A program made the position numbers and the translations under genes. The notes beneath the pieces were generated by a model. That model made no database searches. It was not told where the DNA came from and was given only the letters and a program-made list of their open reading frames with translations. This document shows, in pieces, positions 26,800 to 43,401 of a stretch of 64,000 nt of DNA (within the stretch, counting starts at the first letter, position 1; every line of letters begins with the position of its first letter). The stretch comes from Trichosphaerium sp. ATCC 40318 (Eukaryota; Protista; Tubulinea), in assembly GCA_038496445.1 (NCBI GenBank), contig JALMLS010000507.1, positions 248,001 through 312,000 on the forward strand, written 5' to 3'.

Positions 26800-29700
26800 T
26801 TAGTGGCTACCACCAACACCTACGCAAAGAGAACCCATACCAGTTATGAGTTGAGATCCAGATAAACTCCATGATTGGTTTTCGCCACCATTACAAGGCC
26901 ATGTTTCAATATTTTGACATAAAGAATTTGTGGCATCATCTACATCAAGACATTGACCTGATTGTACATAAGTAAGTGGCATATACAATCTTTTAGAGAT
27001 TCTGAAAATGCACAAAGTAGGTCACAAAAACTGGAAGATCAGCGATTAAAGGATCTCCCGTTTAAGGTAACAATAACAGTGAGCATCAAACGTTACTCTG
27101 AGATATTGTTTAAGTGACCGTACCATTAGATTTGTTGATGAGTGTTTTTCCTTTCATTGTCCATTCTTGTGTTTGAGTTTTGGAACATGTTGATACGCCA
27201 ATATTAGAACCTTCACGAAAAAGAGTTAGCATTAGAATCACCCGCTGTTAAAAAACGAGATCTTTGTAATATTTCACTTACTGCCTGTATGAGGATCCTT
27301 GCCTACAATACCAAGGCACAAGGTTTTATTGGAACTTAGTTTAACATTACCATCTTCGAATGACCTTATGTTAAACAACATTAGTTCTTTGAACAGAAAA
27401 AACCCCACGTGAGATATGTGAGTACAATTATATTTAAAATCTAACATACCATTCGTTAGCATTTGGTGAGTCTGTAGAACAAGAAACAAGCTCAACATTG
27501 TATCTAAACAACACGTCAACAAAAAAACAAGTACAAAAAAAAACACGTGTTTAATTTTTTCCACTATACCCTGCACCACAAGATTCAGCAGCATGAGTCA
27601 ATACAAAGTTATCGAACTGAGTATAATCAAAACTACTACCAACAGCAGCCCATCCATTCCTATTTTACAGATAAGTCATCAGGGAGCTCAAAGTTGTACA
27701 AAAGATGGAAGGTGTTTTACTGTCAGTTTTCTTGATAAGTGCGTACTGGTGTGAGGAGTCAGATACCGTTCCTACTAGATTCTTATCGAAATAAGCAGAT
27801 ATAGTACTAGACGAAACATTTAATCTAATGTTATGCCATTTGTTTGCTCCAAAAGAGAGTGTTCCTGATTTTAGTGTCTTGTTTGAAAAAAAACAAGTTA
27901 GATACACGTGTCAAACGTTATACAATTATTTTATACCTTAGTACCAGAAAGAATACTCCAAGCACCATTGACATCAATTTTAAAGTAATACCCTAACAAG
28001 TAAATTCGTATGAAAGAAAAAAAAAGCAAAGAATCAACGAACCACTTTCATAACTATTAGAGCATCCTCCCTTAGCAACACGAGCTAGAAGTTCGTTTAG
28101 TAACAATCCAATCAATAAACCATTATACATACCTCCTGCAACGACATTTCCAGTTGTTTCAATCAAGGCATCAAACTCAACGGTCATGTCCCTTCGTTTT
28201 TGTTAGAGAACAAAGAAAAACATTCTTTTTCATTGTACCTCCATGTATGATCTCCGATAACACTGATTGGTTGAGATGATTCTCCACACCATTTTATTGG
28301 TGGTTCTGGTACTACTTGTCTCATAGTGTTACCTTTAGATGACTTGTATATTTCCCAAACGCCTGTTTGATCCATAAAGTATTTTCCTTCTTGGAACTCA
28401 GGGTATGATTCAAAGTCATCTGACCACTTCTCTGGGAAACTTTTGGCAGGTGGAGGTGTTGGATAACTTCCTTTAACACCACCGGACATAGTTGTAACAG
28501 TTATGAGTTCGTCCAAACCTAAAACAAAGTAAACAAACAAGTCCTAGTTCACAATACTGCCTCAAACAAACTTACCGAGTTGCATTGTGATTTGTCCGTT
28601 CTTTGGCGTTATGGTAGAATGTTTGAAGTATACTACTTGGGATTCGTTTGCAGAAAAATGAGAGTACCAAACGTTGAGTGGTTCTACAAATAGATGTTAA
28701 ATAAAACCACGTGATTGGGTTTTTTTAAGGTCCTATATCACGTGCCGTCCGATTTTAACGCTTCAAGTTGGAATGTAACCGTTTGAGGCTTAACAGTGTA
28801 TGCTGGTAGGTGCGGTCTGTAATAATTAGTAACGTAGTAGGAAATAAGACACCAAGTACCTGATGCAAACTGAGTTGTCATGTGTCATTGTTTCAATGAC
28901 CATAGTAAAGTCTCCATTCGCCTCTGGAGGTACTAGTGTTACAACACTTCCACCTTAACAACAATTGTGAGTTTCTAAAGCAAGCTTTCATATGGTTGTA
29001 CCTTCAGGTAAATGACCAACACCAGAGCCGTGTTGTAGATACTTCCAGCCCGGTTTTGTGAACTAGATATTTAAAAATCTCTCGAGAAAGCAGTCGTACC
29101 TGTGTTGTGTGAGCGCTTCCCCAAATAGTGCCAGAAACAACATAAGAGCCACTGATAGAAAGTCAGGAAATATTGATGAGTTAAAATCTCACCTCCAAGG
29201 CCACCAGGACCACATTAGTCCATCTCCTTTGTATGGTAGATCTGGATAGTATGCAGCAACTAGATTCCATGATATAGTACTCGTCATGTAACCATTAACA
29301 CTATTAGAAGTAAGCAAGACCAGTAAATTTCAGAAGGAGGTCCTCACTAGTTTTGATTAAGAATACGAGCCCAACATCCACTTCCAACATTGTTTGAGTA
29401 TGTAGAATAATCTGATCAAATTTCAGTTAAACAAAACGTGTCACAAAAATCTATACCTTCAGATGCCCACAATTGGTTTCCAAGAGTCTTAGCGTCAGCT
29501 GCACTATTTGTACCAGGGTAGTGAACTAAAACAAGTTAATAAACAAATAGAAGTAAAGCTTTGACGAACCTCCAACAACATCAACTGCTGCTTTCAATTC
29601 TGGATTATTCTTCATGTCTAGAGAAGTGTTACACTACGATAGTTCGCTCTGTAGGTACAAGGATAAATAAAAACACACCTGTTGCGATTTCCCAACCGCC

Positions 29701-30732
29701 ATCTGCAGCGACAATCTTTGTTTTAAGTCCAGCAGCATCCAAAGCCTTCCTGAAAGTTTTACGTTAAAAATTCGTTGAGTTGGGTACTAATCAGAACGCG
29801 CCTTAGGTTGATTATATAGTCTGCTTTGTAAGGTCTCTCGTTCCATATACCAATGTAGTCAATTTCAATGTTGTAGTTAGATTTAACGCCTAAAAAACAA
29901 AAGATTATTCCAAAATGACATGGCACGATTTTGCGTCTTTTTGACGCTTGCCTTGAAGCCATTTCACGTGATAGTCAATATTATCTTGTGAGAAAAAGTT
30001 TCCACCGCCTATCCATCCAGGTACACCCCAAGACAAACCATACGTTATAATATCAGGGTTTCTCTTCTTGGCCTCTGTTAAAAGCCAAAATTCGTAACCT
30101 GTCGTAAAACTTTAACAATCGTGCGAATAACTGTGTGGATGTGCCTCTCTTGAAGTTTAGGTCATCTTTAAAGTGCATGTGGCTAGATTCAGTTCCATCT
30201 GTAGTTTGAGTGTCACCACCTATTTCTACCTTCAAAATATGAAGCGAGGCGCCAAAATTAGGTTTAAACAACTACAAGAAAAAGTCACGTGATGAAAAAA
30301 AAAACAACAAGACGGAGAAATGTTCTATGTAGATGGCAACGCACGTAGTCAAGAATTTGAGAGCGATAAGGTTCCTCGTAGTCCACAAGAAGGCGAGAAG
30401 TGGCACCTAAAAGTATTCATTACTAAGTTCGGTTTAAAGAGAGTATTACCACCGCCACTCAATCCTCCAATACCTAAAATACAATTAGAAACTGAAGTAT
30501 CCAAAAAAACATTTCGAAAGAAAAGTAGGGTTACTTTGTGTTGTGAAACGGTTTTTTTCGGTTTGCTTATGTCACAATAACTTACCATCGAACGTTCTTT
30601 CTGTGTCTTTGCCATTCACAATAATATTGGCCGCGTAAGTGACCTGTAACAGGATTAGACAGTGTGTATTTCGGTAGGGAAAAGAACTAGTACCGCCAAC
30701 AACAAGAAAACAGCGAGCGCGTGCTTTAGCAT
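26800..30732 (-). CDS. GALC: Galactocerebrosidase (GH59) with C-terminal ricin-B lectin repeats
   Basis: [66 protein letters not shown]; [15 protein letters not shown] ricin motif; signal peptide. Confidence 0.93.
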
Positions 30733-31014
30733 CGTTTGGGTTTTAGATTTTATTAAACTTAAGACATCTTTTAAGCCAAATTGAGCAAAACAAGTAGCTT
30801 TTTCTTTTTACTAGATTTCTTTCGCTACAAACAAGCCTGACACTTTTCGTTCGAGTGTAATAAGGTTCGCAATATATTACATCCACGTTCGCTGTCTATT
30901 GACAAACAACGTATTAACAAGTAATGATGGATTGACCCGATATTAAGCTATTTTGTGCTTGGGATTCTACGGTTAAGTCAACTTATTGTTCGGAGTAACT
31001 GTTGTAACGGAGCT

Positions 31015-31735
31015 ATGCGCTTTCATCACATTCATTTATTGCCTTGTGTTGTAGCCACTGTATTATCCGCATGCGTTCCATACCAACAAACCTTGGGAGG
31101 AACACCTCACAGGTAATTTCGAAAGTTGTTTTTCGTTTAACGTGTTTCGTTTCTGTGTATTCTTATACGATTTTACGCGTATTCAACGCGTCCAAAGTAC
31201 CAACGGCTTCTTTTCATTTTTTTACACTACAAATCGCTGTGGTTTTGTTCGTTTTTACTTCTACTACGCGCAATATAGCGTCTAAAGAACAAAAAAGGTT
31301 AATTGAAGAACAAACAATAGTTTTTATACATTTGCTTGTCAGATTGGGTTTCCACAATGTAACTCGTCATTCCCTGATGGAAAGAAATTACCTTGCAAAG
31401 ACACATGTCAAGATATTGCTATTTTTTGTGCTCCATATTTATCTCTTACAGACTTGGAGGTACCTGATTGTAATAATCAAACAGTTATACCTTCGTGCAA
31501 TAGTAAAGTTCCAAGTGGTAAGTCAACAAGCATTTCTAACGTAAGTCGTCAGTGTTAACACTATGTAAGATTCTACCAATATTGATTCATTTGAGTGTTC
31601 GTCACGATTATTCAGAGATGTGAAGAGCACAGAAATAAAATACAGTAAGTTCATTTGTCATAGAACAAGACAACACACTAATTTATGTCATAAGATGAAG
31701 GACCATGGTCTTGTCCTGCTCCTGCAAACTCAGGT
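31015..31735 (+). pseudogene. 5' fragment (signal peptide and CRD) of a frizzled-like GPCR paralog
   Basis: Clear nucleotide match to the reverse complement of 25230-26146; internal deletion at ~31326 shifts the frame; stops before the TM exons. Confidence 0.85.
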
Positions 31736-31758
31736 TAGTTGATAGTTTCACAGATGCT

Positions 31759-31866
31759 ATTTTCACATACTCGTACCCTTAACTGGTATGGGTGATCCTG
31801 GATCTTCAGGGCTGATACCAGCTAACTCATGAAAGGTAGCATACCAGTGCACAATGTGTATTGTAC
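31759..31866 (-). pseudogene. Isolated ~110-bp fragment of the sulfatase exon at 42681-42790
   Basis: Reads TIHIVHWYATFHELAGISPEDPGSPIPV versus TIHIVDWYATFCELAGISPEDPGTPTPV; contains an in-frame TGA at the Trp codon. Confidence 0.9.
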
Positions 31867-31894
31867 CTCAACACTTTTCAAGAAGTTGGTTTAT

Positions 31895-34800
31895 TTACAT
31901 TACCGTACAAGAGCGTTCTTGCTCATCAGTTTGGTTTTGTTGTTGCGTTGTATTTAGTAAGGATCTAAAGAAACCAACATACTCAGGTTGTGTTTCCTTA
32001 GCGGAGGATGTGACAGCTTCTTCTATTCTTTTTTTATCACTTTCTTTAAGTTCTAATTTTCTTGCTTCTGCTATCAGTACACTATTTTTAGCATTTGCTA
32101 CAATATAATCTATGCAATAAAAATGAAGTCTCCAGCTCCTAATAATCAATGTTAGTTGAAAAAACAAAAAAAAATCTTCCAGTTACGAATAAACCAATCA
32201 TTATTTTTGGACCCACAAAGGAAAAAAACAAATTGTGTTGATCAAAAGCTCTAACTTTAAGTTCATATAAGCCTATACTCTTGCTTATATATATTATGTA
32301 GAACATGTAGAGTTTATGCTTGGAATAAAATATCTGGATCAAAGGTAATTGGGTGGTATGTTGCAGGAAAGAAAAAAATGTTTTGGTTGACTAAAACCTT
32401 GTACTACGTACTGTGCCATTACAGAGACATTAACAAGATCAATAACATTTTGATCGTCTATTCCTTTTTTGATGTACAATTCACATAAAACCATAAGCTG
32501 AGGCAGTCCGTATTCATTTGATAAGAAAAGCATGTCAATGCAATTATCTGGAGAAAGATCAACGTTTCCAGTATATATAAAAGTCATAACATCACATAAC
32601 AAGTTGAACGATACTGATAATTGTACAGTAGAATTTTGAGCTTCATGCATACCTATGTTTAGTTGTACCTCATTAGTAGTTGAACAAAGGAACTTGAAGA
32701 AAAAGTTATCTTGATGTTGTTTTTTTTTGTTGAGATGAAAGATCTCTCGTATTGTTGTGGAATAACAATGGGATGTACCACTTGTAAACATTGCTTGAAA
32801 ATATGTTGATCGTGCAGCAAGTATCATTTTGTGTACATGGATAATTTTAGCTTCTGACTGCTTGTAAAAAAAAAGTAAGAAAAGGGTAAAAATAAGAAAA
32901 AAATCAGAATAAGAATACACACCTGGTTGTCAGTTTGACTCTGAAAGCAAATATCACTGTACACCTTTTTAATGTTGTCAGTAATACATTTATAAACAAA
33001 AATAATCTAGCACATACAGCATTATCACATAATTTTGATAAAGTCTGTTGAAGTTTTGTTGAAGGTATAACATTTGATACAGCATAAGATGGCTCCAAGT
33101 GTTCCAAGTATGGCACATCAAGACGTTTACCCAATGCATTAAGATCCATTATCTGCTCAGGAAGAGCTGAAGCAGAATTTGTGTAACAGTATGTTATCAA
33201 TATCGTAAACAAATCAGGTCTAAAGCAAACATGTTAAAAGGCAGAATAATGCGATTTGTTTGAAAGAAAAACAGATAGTCAAATTTCACAAAAGTAGTGC
33301 AACCCGTAGCAAACAAACCCTTTTGAAAAATTAGCACGGTACCTACGCTTGTAATTAACGCGCATAGCCTCAAAAACAACAAAGCCTTACCTGATATCTT
33401 CAATTTGAAATACAGTTTTTTCTTTATCTTCCATGAAAAGAGTATCGAAATACAAACACTGTGCTGCAAGTATTGCCTTGTATAATGTAAGTGGTTATTA
33501 ATACAACAGATAGTTTATATAACGTACTTTATGACCATAAAATGATTGTCCTTGTACAGAAAATTCAACGTCACTAAAATCTTCAGCGTTTATGTATTTT
33601 TTCAAATCACTGGCAAGTGTAGACTTGGGCCCTAGTGTAATCGTTAAATAAACACGTGATAATAAAGCACTACTATAATAAATCTTACCTGTAAGAGCGA
33701 TTGTGTGGTTGCTTCCACAAGCTATTTGGTATACTGTGTTACCATGTAGATTCTCTGCAAGTGAAAGAAGAGGTACAAGTTGTGGAGATGATTGTTGTAA
33801 AACTGAAGTGAACTGTGCTGTATCTTTACTAGGAGACGCCCCTAAACCAAGCTAACAATTTATAAATATTGGCATGTTATCTACTATAAATATGATATGT
33901 ACTTGACCATAGTCAGACCAACCCCTAGAAGTTTGTCAACCTTGAACGAGAAATAAATCCATGTTTTTTTGAGGATAGAATAAACTCTTACCAGCAATAC
34001 ACTTCACCAATTTCTGTAATGGCTGTTGTGTGACCATATCCGAGAGATACTTGGCTTACTGTCTTTCCATTAAGCTCTTTTACTATTGTGGGTACCATAA
34101 GGGACTTTACATCTTCACCAAAACCTAATTGTCCGAATTGACCTTTTATAACTTTAGTGAAACGAGAAAGTACACTTAAGTTCTCATTGTTACCTGTTCC
34201 CCACATGTATAACTCTCCGTCATCTAGCGATTAATATTAGTTGGTATCTTCAATTGTTAATATTCTTAGAATACGTACGAGTAATACCACTACAATGTTG
34301 ATATCCCATGGCTATGTGTTTGAATGGTTTCGGTAATTTTATTTCTCGAACAATTCCATCTTTTTTTTTTTTTAGTTACTAATATAATAACAAAGGTCCT
34401 ACCTTTCAAAGTTTTGTGGAATTCTGAATTTGTGGGCTGATGTTCCTGGAGTAAAAGAATTAAAATTATCATTGTAGCTCTAAGGCTTACTTGAGGGTCT
34501 GGGTATTCTTCTTGTAGTACAGCTCGGAAGTTAAACGAGTGCTCTTCAACAGCCCAACCCCACATAAATAAAGCGCCTTTGCGGTCAAGTGCAGCATACA
34601 TTCTACGTGCACAAGCAGCTACGTGTGTAATACCCTTTCCTACTAATTGCTTCTCAAGGTGAGGTGTCCGATATTGAAGCTTGTCTATAAAAAAATTAAT
34701 ATTAATGCTTCAATGTAACACTTTAAAAGACACTGACAGCTTTGTACTCACTCAACAAACAAGCCTGTGAAGAGGTTTTATGTAATTTGTATCACGTGGT

Positions 34801-35977
34801 GAACAATAAAGATATGGAAAGTCAAGCTGCCTTTGCTTTGTTTTTTTTTGGTTTTTTTGAAAAAGCGTACCCAAGTCTCTTGAAACAAATTTGTATCGTC
34901 CAGTAAACTATACTACATATAAGCACTTTGTATTATTGGTCTTATTGGATTTGTGTGTATATAATAGAACGAGATATAAACATACCACCATAGTCCATGT
35001 GTAAACATTATTTTTCTCATCACGTGCAATACAATTTGTATCATTAACTGAAATCTGCACAATATTTTTATCATTTAATGCTTGGTATAATTCAGCGTGT
35101 TTACGAGGCTGCCAACTGTAGTAAACATTTCCGACCTCTAAAAACACGTGGGTTTGTCATAGGAACTAAATACTTCAAAAAAATGTGGCTCATTTAGGTG
35201 TCAAAAATCACGTGATTACCTGTCAAAATTACTGTGTAGCATGTACCAGTGCAAACCGAAACAATGGCATCTTGGATGCCCTAAACAAAATATGTCACTA
35301 ACAATACAAACTGAGAAATTAGTAACAAAAAAAAAACACAAGATAATCGCTATTGATCAGTTTCTTTGATGTTGTTTCCCTTTACAAAATATAGAATGAT
35401 AACGCACTTCAACAGCCATCTCGATAGGCGTTGATATTTCATCATTACCAATGAGACCCCAGTGATAAACTTTTCCCTTTTCTAGTCATTTAGGGTTAGT
35501 TCAGTTGAACAAAGAGTCAAAAACCGGTTTTTGGAAATCACGTTTTTTTTTTGTTGCGTAAAATGTACTCACCTGTAAGAACTGCTGTATGTTTGTGACC
35601 ACAAGAAACTTGTACAACGCGATGGTTTGAAAAAAAATTAATAGGTGTTGGCTCCCATATATTCTCTTCGCTGCGGTGGCCTAGTCTATAGTATTGACCA
35701 CTAAAACGTTGTTTTAGGATAAAGGAGAATTAAAACAATTGTAATTTAATCAAAACAGAGCCTATGGCGGTATAAAGCGTATATAACCGCGTTTGCGTAC
35801 CTTCCCCAACTCCATACGCGATAATCGCCCGAATCATCTGTACAATATTAGGATACGTGCGATAAAGTGGTAAACGCGTTAATACGCTAGTTTATTGAAT
35901 TGTTGAATGTAATTGTATCTATTAAAGGACGAACCTATCATATTACCCTCATTGTCAACAAAATTGGGTGCAGCCAT
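31895..35977 (-). CDS. RCC1-repeat + tandem BTB domain protein
   Basis: VSCGHKHTAVL, SLGYGHTTAITEIGEVYCWG, IACGSNHTIAL, GQLG; BTB motifs FSDVEFSVQGQSFYGHK and IHVHKMILAARSTYFQAMF..FIYTG. Confidence 0.9.
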
Positions 35978-36131
35978 TTTATTTTATTCTTACACTGTCT
36001 TTCAACAGCTAGGAATACCAAAAAGGAATTATAGACTATCCTTGACGCGAATGTAATTTAAGTCAATATGAATACGCTAGTGCGCCATGACTCGTCATAA
36101 AATTGCGTAAGCGAGTGTATTGACGTTGGGT

Positions 36132-38598
<2,467 letters not shown>

Positions 38599-38844
38599 TA
38601 CTATCGCAGAGCTCAACGATCAATAAAACAATAAATGAAGGTTGTGTTTTACTACAATCTATGGCTATATTTACCTCGTAATGTTCGGTAGCTGTTTAAA
38701 GTTTGGAGCGCATCTACCTTGCAGTATTCCAGGGAGTGGCTTTCACCTTTAAACAATAAAAAGTTGAAAGTTAAGTTAGATGATTATGGCGGTTTAAGTC
38801 GTTTGAAAATGTCACTGGAAGGTTAATTTTGATTTAACCACAAC

Positions 38845-40909
38845 ATGTTCGAATACTCTGTATTCGCTACATTAGCAATAGTTACATGTGCTCTAGCAAT
38901 ATCTGATGGAATAGCGCCAATGCCGCCAGGATGTCCGCAAAAAGTCGGTCCTCCTTGTCCTAGGTTCGTGCAGCAAAATAGGAGGACATTATTGAGTAAT
39001 ATAACTGTAAAAGATACTACCAAAACCCTTACCCAGACTACACGCCTGGAGACTCTACAGTGCTACCACTAGATGTCAAAACAAGTAGGCTTCATTTTTT
39101 TTTTAACTCAGCGCTCTTCTCTTCCATAAGTACTTACACTGTTATAAGACATGCAAAACATGCTTAACACATACGTTGATATTGTACTAAATAACGCTCC
39201 TCCAACGGTACACAACGAAAGTGAAATTGAAAAAAACTAAAATAATCACGTGATGATGAAGGTTGATGACCAAGGATGGAATGTTTTCACCGGTAGCGCG
39301 GGACGAGCAATGGTATTTCTAAGATTGTACAACAACACAAAAAATAGCACATACCTCGGATTGGCAAGGTACAACCGAAAACGATTATCCAAAAAGTATA
39401 CTTACTTTTTTGTTCTAACTTGAAGGCAATACATTGATTACTCCCTTGAACATATGACTGTTACACCAACAAGTATTATAACTAGTTGTTTCAGTATTAT
39501 TTAATCTATTTAATAGCGCAGATATCTTTCTTAGAATCTTCTAATGGCGTCAATGCTCTTGCAGCAGTCATTTACAGTATTCAAAACCAAACTGAACAAT
39601 CAAAAGAATTCATTGCTGCTGTAATCACAGGCACGCCTTTAATGGGTTCATTACTGTAGTAACAAAGCTCTCAGGGTTTGAGAATGCTCATAGATCAAAG
39701 GAAGCAACTTACGATACTGGAAAAGCAGGACTACTCATGACAGGTAACCTTCCTTTTTTTTTGCCTATTTGCTAATTCTTCTACAGGAAAGTTCTTGAAC
39801 AACTACTTTGGCATAGGGACAATTCCATCTTCTTTAATAGTACAAGTTGCTGAGCAAATATTGGCCGCCGCAACGGTTGATCCGACAGACGGTCACTTAT
39901 CATGGAATAACTATGTGTTCAAACGTACTGTTGTATCCAGTATTCTCTTATTTATTGCTACTGTAGATATTGTATTTTGGGGTCAAGGTCATGGCTCAAC
40001 TGGTGTTATCACTCAACTACTAGATGTACCTGGTACTCCCTATCTAGAATTTATGCACTCTAATAAACGTTGAAGAAATTACTCAAAACGCAACCTACAG
40101 CAAGATGATAGCCGATACGCTGGATTACTATACCACAGTACGATTCCAAAAAAAGTTTGACTTAGTTGCTTAAAGTTTTGTTAGATACAGCTTCCTTCAG
40201 GTGAGCCCAAAGAGCCTCATATAGCTTACTTGAATCTAATTTAACCAAAGGAAACTTTCCAACACCTGAAATAGAGCCGTATCCTCTACAACCGGATATT
40301 CTCGTTCAGGTTAGCTTTTCTAAAATAATACGTTTTTCAGAAATAATTTGGGTTGTTTAAGTGGTGTCATGGATCTCCTGGATTCATACCTGTACTGACG
40401 AAAGGTTGGTCAGTTTATGGTAATACAAAGTGGCTAGATTCTGCTAGAAAAGCAGCTGACAACGTCTGGGAAAAAGGTTCGCCTTGTCAACTATAAAAAG
40501 TCTAAAAACATACTGTTTAGGTATTCTCACCAAGGGCCTCATGCTTGGTCACGGTATAAGTGGTAACACATATATGATGCTGTAAGTATTATAAGTCTCG
40601 TTTTTGTGTACTATCATTTGGTTTTAAATACAACTAGGTTCCTTCACAAAGCAACAAATGATGTGACGTATCTCTACAGATCAATAAAATTTCAAGAATT
40701 CGTATTGGATACTCCACTCATTTCAGATCCGTCACTAATGCGTAAACCAACACCTTCACCTTACATGCCTTATGGCACGTGTATTAGTGAGATTTTTGTG
40801 TTTTCACTTACATACTTTAGTTGGAAGCTACTGTGGTGCTATTGTTTTGTGGTCAGATATGCTTACACTAAATAATTACAATATGCCTGGGTTTGCACCT
40901 TACATCTAA
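38845..40909 (+). CDS. LanC-like (LANCL) protein with signal peptide
   Basis: RYYQNPYPDY, VFTGSAG, YDTGKAG, WGQGHGSTG, GNFP, VQWCHGSPG, VWEKGILTKGLMLGHGISGN, C-terminal MPGF; hydrophobic N-terminus. Confidence 0.88.
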
Positions 40910-41073
40910 ATAAACAATTCGCTTTACACTTCACCTTACTCAAATTACTTTAAAAATTTTGTTGGAGTACAAACAAAGTGTCCAACACAGCACGTGTTTG
41001 CCACAAAATGGCAATACCAAAAATGTCAACTGTATTCTTCTTCATATTCGTTCTTCTGTACAATACTGCACGG

Positions 41074-43401
41074 ATGCGTAGTTTGATAACTGTATGCGTA
41101 CTGGCTGTAATAGTCACTGCTAGCGCGGCATTACCCAACATTATTTTCATGTTCGTTGCTGTAGCGACACGTGATATGAAGTTTCTAACGCATTAAATAG
41201 GTTAACCGACGATTTGGGTTTTAACGCTCCAGGGTACTTTATTAATGCAGAAATCTACCTAAATTACTGTAGATATCGAAATCCGGATTTAATAACACCA
41301 ACTCTCGACAGCTTGGCAGCAGATGGTACGTTTCACATATGGTTTGGGTCAAATTTTGTTTTTGTGTAAGTCGAAAAGTGGCTGTAAAATTATTGTTCTA
41401 CAACTTTGGTTAACACGTAATCATGTGGCCTTACATTTGCCCAGGTCTTAAACTAGATTTTCATTATACGTACAAGTACTGTGCACCAACACGTGGATCG
41501 TTTTTGACTGGAAGGCTTCCATATCACCTCTCTGCAACGCGAACGAATTTTATTCCTTATGACATACCTGACGGTACAACCACGATAAGACTATTAGTAA
41601 GAATACTTTAGGAATCGATTTATCGTATACTATGCTGCCTAAAAAGCTTAAAAAAGCTAATTACACATCTCACCACATAGGCAAATGGCATCAAGTACTG
41701 AAATCAATAGCAGCTATTTACGAAATTTTGTTAATATTTTTCTATTCAGGGATTTTACACTGTAGATTATACACCAATGGGAAGAGGATTTGATAGTACT
41801 TATGGCTTTTTAGAAGGAGGAGAAGATCACTTTACTCAGGTTTGGCTTTTTGTTGCAGTAATTAGCATTATTACTTAAGTTTCTGTTCTAGAAATCTTTC
41901 AGACCAGACGGGATATGCCAAGCGGTTGATCTATGGGAAAATCACGCACCTGCGTATGGGAAAAATGGTACCTACAATGGATACGCATTCACAAAGGTAC
42001 CCAATATATCATTAACCGCCAACTCACAACCATCTAAGCATGCGGTGGACTTGATAAAAAATCATGATAAAAACTCTGGTCCAATGTTTTTGTACTTTGC
42101 GTTGCACAATACACATGGTCCTGTAGAGGTACATTTGACACGTAGCATGATGCACTAACTTGTCAAAGGCCCCAGATCGCTTTACTAATATGTATCACTT
42201 TGATCAAAAGCTTCGTAATGTGTTTAATGGTATGATTTCTGTTGTTGATGAATCAGCAAAGAATGTTACTACAGTAAGCCTCTAAGGTTTTTTTTTAAAC
42301 AAAGAAGGCAGCTGTTAAAGTTTTTTTAGGCTTTAAAGGAGAACGGTATGTGGGAAAATACGTTATTTATCTGGACTACAGATAATGGTACACCTGTTCA
42401 AGTTGCTGGATCTAATAAACCGTTGCGTGGTACGACGTCGAACAATATTGTACAACATCCTAATTAGTTTTAAATAGGCTCAAAAGGCACAAACTTTGAA
42501 GGTCCGCTGGTTCTTTAGTTATTATCTTCCAATTTTCTTATACATATTTTAGGTGGTACGCGCGTTCCTGGATTTGTTAATGGAGGTATATTACCTTCGA
42601 AGATGCGTGGCAAAAGTGTTAACGGTAAACCACCTTCATCAACACATCGAACGCTTAAATGTTAAACTCATTGCATCTAGGTACAATACACATCGTGGAT
42701 TGGTATGCTACTTTTTGCGAGTTGGCTGGTATCAGCCCTGAAGATCCAGGAACACCTACACCAGTTGAAAGTATGAGTATGTGGAAATACTTAAGCGGGC
42801 AAACAGATGAGTCCCCAAGAAAGAAATTTGTATATGATCACCGCATGTTTACCTCACCGTATACTGGTACCACAACATTGTCCATCCTGATAAGTTTAAT
42901 AATCGAATACCAGGCGCAATTAGAGACGGAGATTACAAGCTCATCGTTGGTTCAAACCACGCTGCTTCCTGGTAAGTGAGAACAACTGTTTTAAGCAACT
43001 TTTTTGCATCGTTAAGGACCAATGTAAGTCGTCTCATCGCTCTCTTTTGACATCATTAGGTTTGGCCAATTCTCTCCAAATACTACATACAATAAAAAAA
43101 TGTATGAAGTTACAGCATGTTCTGATAAACCTTGTTTGTTCAATATCGCAGATGATCCAACTGAACACTTCGATCTTTCAGATAAAATGCCAGAAAAGGT
43201 GGCCGAAATGATGACACAATTTAAAGCCCTTGAAAACGAACACCATCCACCAAAATAGTACGAGTATTAGTATAATTTTGTTTGTTAATCTATCTGACAT
43301 TGATAAATAGCAATCCACCACGTGATACCAAAGGATATTGTGGCGCAGTGTCAGAATATCATGATTTTGTACACCCATGGCAGAAAGGTGTTAACAAATA
43401 A
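41074..43401 (+). CDS. Secreted/lysosomal arylsulfatase B-like sulfatase (S1)
   Basis: PNIIFMLTDDLG, formylglycine motif CAPTRGSFLTGR, GKWH, TDNG, PLRGSKGTNFEGGTRVP, HIVDWYATF, LFNIADDPTE. Confidence 0.95.
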
